DNA of 64,000 nucleotides from Selaginella moellendorffii (Eukaryota > Plantae > Lycopodiophyta), in assembly GCF_000143415.4 (NCBI RefSeq), contig NW_003314432.1, positions 1 through 64,000 of the forward strand, read 5' to 3'. Shown here one piece after another: positions 47,500 through 58,059 of the stretch. Every line of letters starts with the position of its first letter. Position 1 is the first letter of the stretch. The notes beneath the pieces are model-generated. The model was not told the origin of the DNA. It did no database searches and saw only the letters and a list, made by a program, of their open reading frames with translations. The position numbers were made by a program, and so were the translations under genes.

Positions 47500-49699
47500 A
47501 TGGCAGCAGCCGCGGAGATTTATGAGGAGAGGCCTGAGGAGGTGGAGGAAGCAGGTAATCCGATTTTAGGGTTGGAAGAGGAAACAGAGCTCTGGGAAAT
47601 GGGGCCAATCGAGCTGGATCTGGGCCTGCTTGTGCTCTATCTTCACCAACACGAGGAGGAAGAGGTGCCCATGGAGGGAGAGGTGGCCATGGAGTGGGAG
47701 GAGCGCGCGGGGTGGCCGGGGTTGGCCGCGGATCTCTGAATCTGGCCCCGGGAGGATTAGGCCATGGTGCCCCGGGAGGAGGAGGCCATGGTTCTACTCT
47801 AGGAGGAGGACGCCGCGGTTCTTCTCCGGGAGGAGGAGGCCATGGATCATCGCCAGGACAAGCCTCGGTGGGAGGAGCCGAAGCCACAGCGGGAGGAGTC
47901 CAAGCCGCGCCCGGAGGAGCCCAAGCCACGTCTGGAGGAGTTCCCCTGGAGGGAGCTCCAACTGCTTTGAGAACCAGAGATGGCGGTGAGTTTACATTTC
48001 TTAGGTTGCATGCATGCATGAGTGATTGAGAGCTCCCGGCAGGGTCATGAAGAAGAGGGAGATGACACCGTCCCCGATCTGGAACAAGACCCGGATGGAT
48101 GCTCACATGGAGGAGCTCGACCACGAGGCTGTCCAGTTTGTGGATACCTCGGGTTTTGCTGCACCTGCTGCTGCGAAGAGAACCCGGGGAAAGAACTGGA
48201 ACCATGCTGAGACCATGCTCCTGATTGATCTCGTTCGGGAAAAACATCTCGCGAAGATTGCGGGGGAGGGAGGAGCAGCCAGCATGTTCTCATGACGAAG
48301 ACACAGCGCTGGAATCTCATCTTTCACCCTTTTGCTTTAGGGTTTAAATGCACATTGCGGATGACAAGAGCCCCGCTGCCTGAGGAAGAAGACCGTGAAC
48401 TTGAGGTTCGTCGGGCTGTGATTGGGAGGAGGTTTTGCATCGGCCTGTGGTGGGTGAAGCCTCGAAATGTCACCACCTGGAGTAAGTTTTCTTTGGAGTA
48501 TTACGATGTGGGGAGGTGGAAGAGGAAACTTCAGATGGAGAAGAGGACCTTCTTCACCATTTGTGGCATGCTGGAGAGTGAAATCCGGAAGCAAGATGAG
48601 TGTGGTGCCGGTGGATGTTCGACTGGGGGTGACTTTGTACAAGCTTTTCAAGAACACAGATTACTTGGACCTAATGTTGCTGACTAGACTGGACGGTGAG
48701 AGCTACTACGACCGGAAGCAGCGGTACTTGGTCATCTTGCAAGGGGTTTGTGATGCCCAGAAGAGGTTCCTCAGTGTCTACGCTGGGTGGCCAGGATGGT
48801 TCTAAAATGTTCTTTTTGCTTTCAGGACGCATCCACGACATGAGAGTTTTTTGTAATTCAACCCTCAGGAACAAGATTGTAGCAAGGGAGCTGCTGACAT
48901 CGCCCGTGGTGTTAGCATATGATGATAGGATCAAGCCATACCTAGTGGGGGACAAAGGGTACCAACTCCAGCAGCATCTGATGATTCCACACACAAGTAA
49001 GTCTTCTTCATTCTACTTTCTTTTGTTCACTTGTTTTGGTTGTTGCTCAGCTCCGAACCTGACACCATCCAAGGCAGCTTTCAACCTTCATCACCACCTT
49101 GCTCGGATTGTTATTGAGCAAGCATTTGGACTTCTTAAAATGAAGTTCAGATGCTTGGATCAAAAACAAAGGATCCAGTCAAAGTACCTTCCCAACATTA
49201 TCAAGAGTTGTTGCATCTTGCACAATTTCTTGATTGATGTTGGGGAGACTGATCTTTGGGCGGAGATCCAAGCCTGGAGGAAAGAGGTGAAAAGGCTCAA
49301 GGACCAGGACCTCTTTGTCGATTATGGTGATCCTGAGGAAGTGGAAGGGGAGCCTCGTGAGGAGTTGCACAGTCCAGAGAATGCGAAAGAGGTTAGAGAG
49401 AACCTCACGTTTTCCCTCTGTCTTTGCCAGTGGCGTTCGTGTTTGCTTTGAAATTTGCCGGGATATAATTCTAAACATTTGAATTTGAATTTGAAATTTC
49501 AAAATTTGAATTAAGTGAATTTTAAGTGTTCGAATGCATTGTTTTTAAGTGCGAATCCGAGGTGTTTTTCCACTTAAATCTATGACATGTGCGAATGCAA
49601 AAGTCCTTATAAGTTTACTTTGCAACACAAATGTTTTCAATGTGCGTTCTTAATTTTTAAAGTGGGTCGCTGAAGTTTTTTTTCACTGCGAATTGGTCC
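47500..49699 (+). mobile_element. PIF/Harbinger element with Myb/SANT-like gene remnant and internally deleted transposase
   Basis: Gly-rich exon, then KRTRGKNWNHAETMLLIDLVREK..KTQRWNLI (Myb/SANT-like, 48170-48320). Transposase WWVKPR..W, MEKRTFFTIC, YYDRKQRY..ILQGVCDAQKRF..AGWPG, intron, IHDMRVF, GDKGY, EQAFGLLK, CILHNF. The GAIDG segment is missing. Candidate 3' end AATTGGTCC at 49699. Confidence 0.88.
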
Positions 49700-49919
49700 T
49701 TTCTCAACATAAAAGATAATGTTTTGCCAAGCTTACCACAGCCACTGGCAACCTTGATTGCCAATGATGTTGTCCTTGGCTGTGGTATCTATAACCATAC
49801 AGCTAGGGCCAAAGTTACACCACCAATGGCCCATAGCAAGCACAGCCATGGTGGCACAAGGTCTCGGCCATGGCTAGCACTACCTTGGCTGGCCTTAGCC
49901 GTGGCATAGCCATCTACTA

Positions 49920-50225
49920 GAGGAGCTAGAGGAGAGCTGTTGTAGGAGGAGTGCTAGAGGAGTTGGAGGAGAGCTGTTGCAGGAGAAGTGCTGGAGGAGC
50001 TGGAGAGCTGCTATAGGAGGAGTGCTGGAGGAGCTGGAGGAGACTCAATGCACAAGGGGTTTTGGAGCAGCTAGAGGGTGAGAAAGAATGATTTCATGAA
50101 AATAAAAAAAAACTGAAAAATCCAAGAGTAGGATTGGCAAAAGTACAATGTGGAAGAGAGTTGTTGCAGGAGGAGCACTAGAGGACATGGAGGAGAGTTG
50201 CTACAGGAAGAGTGTTGGAGGGAGG
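49920..50225 (+). repeat. 37-bp purine-rich minisatellite (3 copies plus 2 dispersed)
   Basis: GGAGAGCTGTTG(T/C)AGGAG(G/A)AGTGCT(A/G)GAGGAG(T/C)TGGA at about 49931, 49968 and 50002, with looser copies at about 50152-50225. Confidence 0.75.
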
Positions 50226-50909
50226 AGATATGTTGCATTGGAGGAAAGTAAGAGCCACTAGAGGAGCCACTAGCCACTAAGGGCACTAGCCGTCACACTC
50301 GTGGCTTCGCCACTAACTAACCCTAACCGAACTCAAATAGATATAATTTTCTGCATTGCACTATGCAACAACGTTTGGTTTGCTTTGATATTGTCAATTT
50401 TTACATAAATAAAAAATTTATATGATGTACTCATTTTAATACATTTTTTTATTCATATGTACTTCTTGTTTATCTCTCAAAGAGTTCAATTAATGTTTTT
50501 TTATCAATTTTATTCTTCCTATAGCAAGCTTAAAGCAAATAGTGAAGAATATAAGGAAGAAGTCCTACACTCTACTAAAATCTTGCAAACTTTCCTTTAA
50601 GAACATTATTACTAGTCAAAAAGTTCACTTTTTTTGAGTAGTCTGATGTGTTTGTCTTTATAGCATGTCCATAAACAGAAAACAAGGAACTTTTTACTTG
50701 CTCCTCATAGTAGAGTATCACAGTGATAGAAGAAGTTTGAGCTTCTTCTCCATGCAATGGGCAACAATATAATCAAGTGGCTGTAGTGATTGATACAAAA
50801 GTTCTCCTGGATCTTGCTTTTTAGGCTGGCGTGGCTAAGACACTGATAAAGGTAAGTTCTGCAAAGATTTAATAAGGTTTTGCTGGATTGTCCTTACTGG
50901 GCTTACAGT

Positions 50910-51376
50910 TAGATCATGGGTGATCAGGAGCTCACAGTTTTGCACAAGATTTGATCAAACATGTTTCTTGCTTGAGCTAGGATCCTTGATCTGCCATGGG
51001 TGGTGATCAATGCATTCACAAAAGGTGCCAGAATGAAATCCAACAGCTTAAGCACTTTCAAAAGACACCCATTCTAGGCATTTGCAGTGATTATTGCATT
51101 CCAAGAGACCAAGGTCCTCTTGCTCAAAACTTCCTGCTATGCTCATGATCACATTTCCAAGATTGAGCTCAATGTTTCTAGAATTCTTCTGTGAATTGTC
51201 ACTTCTTTCTCATACTGCACAGGTCACAAATCACCCAACATGGAGGCTGCAACACTCAATAGTTCTGGGACTGGCAGACAAGCCCTATCCCATGGACAAC
51301 CACTGCTCCTTATGTGGGAATGTGCACATTACAGAGGTTCGTTTCTATTTTCCAGTCTGTCTTTTAACTCCTCAAA
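50910..51376. pseudogene. paralog of the minus-strand PPR relic and first RRP5 exon fragment
   Basis: Collinear with 1965-2426. Minus strand RTLVSWNAIITANA*NG; plus strand GNVHITEV. Confidence 0.7.
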
Positions 51377-53952
51377 GTTGAATGCTAGAATCTTATTGTC
51401 GATGCTGGTGCCAATGATGGTGCCGACGGAGCTGCAGAGGTTTGGACCATGGAAGATGTTGTTCACGAGCTGCGAGCAATTAGCAAGAGATGCAAGACAA
51501 GATGCATGGCATGTTGGGTACCTTGCATGAGTGTGTTGAGGCACTCCAAGTAAACCTTCTTTGGTGGATCAATTCAAGATTCCAACCTTTTCTGGTAATG
51601 GTGGTGTGGATGAGTGTCTACCTTGGCTAGCGAATGTGAAAAAGTTCTTGGTTGTTAAAGGAACTTCGGATGCAAAGGCTTTAATGGCTATTCCAATGGT
51701 TTTGTGTGATGCGGGTCTTTGGTGGTGGAATTGGCTTAAGGAGTCTTGTGCTATGAATAAGAAACCATTAGTGTTTACGATGGATGAGTTTGAAGCTGCT
51801 TTCCATTTACTTTTTGCCCCTCACTATGACATGAAGAATACTTACACTAAACTTTGACATTTTCAGCAAGGGAAAATGAAGCTTGGGGACTATATTGAGA
51901 AGTTGACTCACTTGATTAGCTGTGTTCCAACAAAGGATCTAGATCAAAAAAAATCCTACTTCATTGATAGCCTTTATAATGAGAGCATACGGCAATACTT
52001 GTGTCATTCTCAGCTTACAAAGAGTTTGGAGGAGCTCTTTGATGCTGCTCGTCGATTTGACAATGACAAGTATAAGTCTCACAAGCATTCGAGGAGTCCT
52101 TTTGTTGAGAATCGTCATGATGATTGTTGTGAATACAAGGATGTGAATAAACATCATAAGTTGAAGTCTATGGTGGCTACTTCGGGTATATAGGGGTCAA
52201 AAAAGAAAAAAGTCTTTGTGAAGAATTATAAACAAGGTTGTCATCATTGTGGCAAGCTAGGACATTACAAGGCTGATTGTCCATAGTGAAGAGCAAACAA
52301 CATGGCAACAAGAATGGCCAATCTTCTACTAATAGTAAGTTAGATATTAAGAAGTTGCAAACTTTGCAGTGCAAGGATGACAAGGAAAACCATTTCAGTT
52401 GGAGGAAGAGGTTTTCGATTGTTGCTCATCAACTTAACTAGTGAAACAAGGTCAAGGACACTTGTGCATCAGATTTAATATTGGAGGGCATGTTCTGTGG
52501 CGGTCCAATGTGGATTTTACTGGATAGTGGGAGCGATGACAACTTTGTTTCCACAAAGTTTGTTGAAGAGCATGGCTTGGTGACACGAAGAGTTCTTCCA
52601 TACACAGTGGAAGGTGTAGCTACCTCTATTTAGCATTTTGATACTTGTGTAGAAAGGTGTAAGCTCCTGAGTTCGAACTTCCCGCGAGGTCACGCAGCCC
52701 AATACTATTCAAACCCAAGGATGTTTAACCTTAAATATCCCAAGACCTTTAACCAATTGGAAAAGGGGGTGCACTTTTATTCATGGGCCCTTTCCCTTTA
52801 TATTTGAACCCTTATAAATCGCCTCTCGAGTCATTCTCTTTGGTTGTTTACAAAAAACTAGAAGTGTTGGTTGGCAAAACCACACTTGTGGAGACTTTTT
52901 ATCTCACAGATCTTTATCATGTGGATCTCATTCTTGGGATGCCATGGTTGGTGAAGGTGGATCCGGAGATAAAGTGGAGTATTAAGTGTGTCTCGTTAGA
53001 GTACGATGACATTAAAGATGTATGGTTTGGAGAGGGAGTTCAACCTTTAGTTGTTATACTCTTCGCTACATCTTTGAAGTGGGCTTGTTGTAATGGAAAA
53101 GCACTTTCGAGTTACTTGCTGTTTGTTCGTGATTTGGGGGACTAAGCCACATATGGAGGAGAGGCAGCAATGTGGACTATACTCGAAGAGTTCTTTGATG
53201 TTTTTCCCTCTAAACTTCCTCATGAATTGCCTCCATTATGAAATGTGGAGTATGGGATTATATTGGAGCCAGGGACGCGGCCCATTTACCAGTGTCAATT
53301 TTAGTTGAGTTATGCTGAAGAGCAAGAAGTTCAACAACAAATCAAGGAGTTACTTGAATTTGGATTTATTCAACCAAATAAGTCTTTGTTTGGTGCTTCG
53401 GTCTTGCTTGTGAAGAAGAAAGACGGTTCAATGAGGATGTGCATTGACTACTATGCCTTGAACAAAAAGATTGTGAAGGACAAGATGTCGATACCGCATG
53501 TGGATAATATCTTAAACATGCTTACTAAAATTGATCTAAGGAGTGGATATCATTAGACTGCAATGGATGATGCATCTATTTCCAAGATGGCATTCAACAT
53601 GAGTTTCAAGCATTTTGAGTTTACGGTTATGCTATTTGGTTTGACGAATGCACCAGCCACATTTACTCGGTTGATGACAAAGGTCTTTGGGCATTATTTT
53701 CATGAGTTTGTGAAGATTTTCTTGGATAATATGTTTTTTTTTAGCAAGAATATGAAGGAGCATAAGATGCATTTGCACAATGTTCTTTTGTTACTCCGTG
53801 ACAACAAACGTTATGTAAAGAAGAGCAAATGTGAGTTTGCAAAGTCGGAGGTGGAGTGTCTAGGCTATATTATGACATTTAAGGATGTCAAGACGGATCC
53901 AAGGAAAGTGGCTATAGTGGAGAACTGGCTTACACTAACTTTAGTGGCTGAG
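51377..53952 (+). mobile_element. Gypsy gag-PR-RT remnant, same family as 4432-8111
   Basis: KIPTFSGNGGVDECLPWL..GLWWWNWL (gag), CHHCGKLGHYKADCP, LLDSGSDDNFVS, VLLVKKKDGSMRMCIDY, KIDLRSGYH. 52060-53952 aligns with 4432-6148. Confidence 0.92.
52658..52852. mobile_element. 195-bp solo LTR
   Basis: TGTAAGC...GTTTACA. Absent from the paralog (GTAGAAAGG|CTAGAAG at about 5030-5045). Degenerate TSD AAAGG/AAAAA. Confidence 0.75.
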
Positions 53953-54151
53953 TATAGTGCATGTGGTTTTGACCCTTTATCCTATGGTGATTTACCATAG
54001 GATAACACCATGAAGTGGAACCTAAACCCTTTTTATGCCATGTGTCACATGCCATGTGTCCAAGAATAGTGGTGCGGAACCCGAGTTTCAAGGCGTTGGG
54101 CCATTGAACGAAGGTACGAAGCCAAACTCCTAAGCATGGAGCCAAGGAGTG
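53953..54151 (-). mobile_element. inverted 3'-terminal fragment of the 19370-26527 family LTR
   Basis: Reverse complement of about 20306-20505, starting exactly at the LTR terminus. Confidence 0.9.
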
Positions 54152-55559
54152 TTGAGGGAAGGAGGGGTGCCTCCCCCAAGATTCACTCAAACACGAGAAA
54201 TGCTTCATTGTTCTCCGCAAAATGCCCCCCTTTGCCCTTGTGGGGCAAGGGTTTTATACAAGAAAGATAGGGAATATTTTGAGGACCAGAATATTCCCTC
54301 TCTCTCTCTCACTCTCTCGGTGGCCATGCCCTAACATGCAACTACCATGGATCACGTTGGCTCCAGATGCGCGAGAACTTGCCGAAGAGTGTAGAGTGTA
54401 CCTATGCTACTGATGCCAAGTGCTGGTAGCTACGTGAAATAGTAGAAACTCTAGAAAACAAAAGGGAAAAGAAAGAAAAAAAGTAGGTGTGATGTTTAAA
54501 GATAGGGAGGAAAACCTGGTGGGAAACCTTATAATCAAACTGGACCCTAAAGTTGAAGAAAAAGTGCAAAAAAAGTGTGAAATGAGGAGGAAAATAGAGG
54601 AGAAAGAGTGAGTACCCAAAGAACTTAACCTGTACCTAGATTTCGGCTCAGGAAAGTGTAATATGCAAATGTAGCCTCTTGATGACTTCTGGTATGCTCC
54701 AAGGATTGGCCGAAATCAAAAAAAAAAGAGAGGTAGAAGAGGGGATGCATTGCCCAAGAGTGGTAAGTGTGAAAATGATAAAAGATGGAGTGATATGGTG
54801 GAGCACCAATATGGTGATAGCACTTTGAGAAGGTGGCCATCTCTGAAATAAGAGTAATAAGGGTGAAAATGGAAGGAGATGTAGGCCTCAAGCACACATA
54901 ACCGTTGACTTGTAGAGTAAGCACTGACCTCTCGGAGTAGCCAGTAACTGGTAACCAGTAACTAGTAACCAGTAACTGGGGACCTGTAACCGGTAGCCAC
55001 CTGCTCTCGCTCCTACCCCTACGCCTACTCCAGCACCGATATGGTGGAGCGCCAAGAAAGTGGGCATCTCTTAAAGTGTTAGGCCAATGGTATAATGTGT
55101 CGGACTGAAGAAAACAACAGCTGAAAAGGATGTCGTAGTCACTAGGTTGCAAGTAAAGGGAGGTGGCATGTGTCCACTGAGTGCTAGAGTAAAAGAAAGT
55201 GGCTTTGGCTTATGTGGCCTCGCCTAAAGATCCACCTAAGTGCCTTGAGTGAACAGGTTCACTTGGTTGGAAGAAAGTTGCTCTAGAAAAGCTAGTGCGT
55301 CGTCGGCAAATGGTCATAAAGATATCTCAGAAACAGCACGTCTAAATGAGGTGGTGTCATTTGCTGTTGGTGCACGTATATGTGTCCGTGGTATGGTGTA
55401 AATGTGACCTCAAATGAAGATGTGAATGATAATGAAAGAATGAAAGATGCAAGATGGGCATCTAGAGATAAGTGCAAGCAATGTTGTTGGAAGTGATTGG
55501 TGATGGAATTGTGAGTGTAGATGATATGGAATGAGTGAGGGGAATGTGTGGGGTGTGTT

Positions 55560-55905
55560 GTTAATAGTTGTTTTGCCGGGGTGGTGGTCTCCATTGTTGG
55601 TTGTCTCGATAAGGCTGCTGATAAGCCTATTGGCATGGTTGTTGATACTAATTGTTTTGGTTGCCATTGTTGTATAGAATTATATGTACCTTGATATTGG
55701 TAGTTCAGCTACCACTGTTGTGGTTCTTGTTTGGGTTGATTGTAATGTCTTTTAGTTGGTGTAGGAGTTCAAGGCATGTTCTCGACTCGTGTGACTTCAA
55801 TTGCTCTTTTGTATCAATAGATCTTTGCTATATATCCTTCTTTTTCATAGATCTAACACTTATGAATCAGTAGTTACACTATGTTAAGATGTGTCCTTTG
55901 TTTTT
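55560..55905 (-). mobile_element. inverted fragment of the Gypsy gag region at about 27515-27870
   Basis: Shadow ORFs 55652-55873(+) and 27542-27751(-) are nearly identical. Confidence 0.85.
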
Positions 55906-56387
55906 ACTCGGTAATGTATATGATAATGTAGTCTCACGCTAAGCAATACTGAAATATGAATATATATTCTTTATAATAATGGAAACCATATGTTTTGAGG
56001 AAAGAAAAACTTACCATGGCCATAAAAAAGCCAAAACAGTGTGGGAAAGATATATGCTTAGGATGTGCTAGAGAGGAAGGAAAAATGCCTCCTAAGATGT
56101 GATCCATGAACCAGTAGTGGCAAACCCTAGAGAACCCAAATAATAAAACCTAAGAAAAAACCATAAGGCTAAGAGGGGGAAAATTTGAAATGCAAGCTTG
56201 ATAAAGAATTTGAAATGCAAGGGTAGTGTTATGATACTAATAACTTGTATAAGTTGTTTGAATTTAGGCAGGATTATTAAATAATGTAGTACAGATATTT
56301 AATGTTGTCATATAGTTCAAGAAGAGACTCCATAAAAAGTTTTTTCAAAAAATGAGATAACTAGAATTTTTAGTATTTATCAAAATA

Positions 56388-58055
56388 CTTGCCTTTGGCA
56401 CCACGCCAAACAGTGGAGGAGAGTCCGATGATGTCTTGGATGGTGTTATGCTACCTTTGTTGAATGTATTGACATATCTGCAAAAACCTCGTGAGATTGG
56501 AGTGCTGGGAATGACCAAAACGGTACCTTGATCTAACGTTTTGACGTGTGCGAGCTGCATACTGGTTACTGCTCGGAGGCATTGGTGGGATTCCACTCAC
56601 AACCGGTTGCAGCCTTTCTGGAGTTGGCTGTGGTCTCTCTGGAGACATGGAAATAGGAGTGCCGTTCTCCTCCACGCGTGAGACGAGCTTGTTTGCCATG
56701 GGAGGAGGAGCCAATGGAAGGTCTGGCGCTTGTGCCTCGGCTCCTTCTTCAACCCAGCGCTTCAGTGTCTCATTGTATCTAAACTTGTTGCTGTCGCCAA
56801 GCTTTGCCTGCATCACGTACCAACCATCAATCAGCTAGCACTCTTTCCAAAGCTTCTACAAACCTCCTTCGAAGGTGTTTTTATGAAGCCCATCGCTCTT
56901 TGCATGAAAGAAGTAAAGACGCCTCTGTTTGGCATTCCTTTCACTGGAGTAATGATCTGATGAAAGAATACAAGTCTTAATCGAAGGTACACAAGAGCAA
57001 GTCGAGTTACCTGTGCAGGCCTAAAGTCAGGCTCAGAAATGCTTTTCGCTGGCATGTTGGATCTTCTTGTATTATCACTTATGGGTTCCATTGATGCCAA
57101 CGAGGTAAGTGATACACTGCTTCTGCTAGAAGCTGTTGCGGGATGGTTATTAATATCAGCATTATCAGAAGCTTTCGGGGAAGAAGGGCCTATCATCTTG
57201 TGTAGACCAATATTGCCAAAAAACCGTTGCACAATTGATGTCAAGCCTCCCTGGATAATAGGAAAGTGAGTATAAAAGCCGAGTGTCCGCTTACAAACCT
57301 GAGAGTGGATACGAAGACGCTCTTCCAAGGCTACAGCCACTTCTTTGCACACATCAGCTGCATGGCCCGCTGTTTTCAATGTTTTCAACACCGCTTGGCA
57401 ATACCTTCGAAGAGAAACCTTGTGTTAACGAAGCATACAGTTAAAAATCACTACCAACCTTAAAGCTTCGTTTATCTTTCCAGCTTCAGCAAGCATCGAC
57501 ACATAAATAAGCTTGTATAGCTGAAAAGGAAGTAAAATAAACTGGGAATTGCTGGTCACTCTTGCAAATTCATACACTTCCATTCACTAATGAAGAAAAG
57601 GTTAACAATTGTTAGGACAAACATGGCTTACCTGGATAGCTTCTGGACTAGTGTATGTGCGTGGATACTTACAATGGTTGGCACCTATAAGACAAAGCCT
57701 GGCAGAAGGGGAGAAAGGCTCAAAACTAGCATTTGCAAAAAGATAGCAAATATGCGCTCCACATATTTGCAAGTTAAAACTATGAGAAACACCAACGTGT
57801 GACCATGTATATACCTCATCTCGATGTCTCTAGAGACAATCACCAAGATGCATAATCACTCTCTCGTCCCTATTAGTTCGGTTAGCTGCCATTATAGCCA
57901 GGTTTTCCTGCCATTCTTCGAGCATTCCTTCTACTACGTCTTGCAAGTCAGCATGCACTCCTTAAGCAAGAGAGTAGCTTGATAAAAGTATTTCACCTAT
58001 GTTGCACCATCTATAACAAATGCTAGAACTGGTTGAGGTTGAAGTGCTGTTAATC
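56388..58055 (-). pseudogene. SEC16: SEC16 partial copy (copy 3 of 3), inverted
   Basis: Reverse complement of 14651-16206. Retains YKLIYVSMLAEAGK, which is damaged in copy 2. The last about 810 bp of gene and 3' flank are deleted. Confidence 0.92.
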
Positions 58056-58059
58056 TACT

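Noticed and set aside
47429-48247. Proline-rich 272-aa minus-strand ORF
   Set aside because: Antisense shadow of the GC-rich, glycine-rich exon of the Harbinger Myb-like gene.
49866-49920. Helitron 3' end (hairpin followed by CTAG)
   Set aside because: The hairpin loop is long (19 nt), the base after CTAG is A rather than T, similarity to the paralog resumes beyond it, and no 5' TC end or RepHel remnant is visible.
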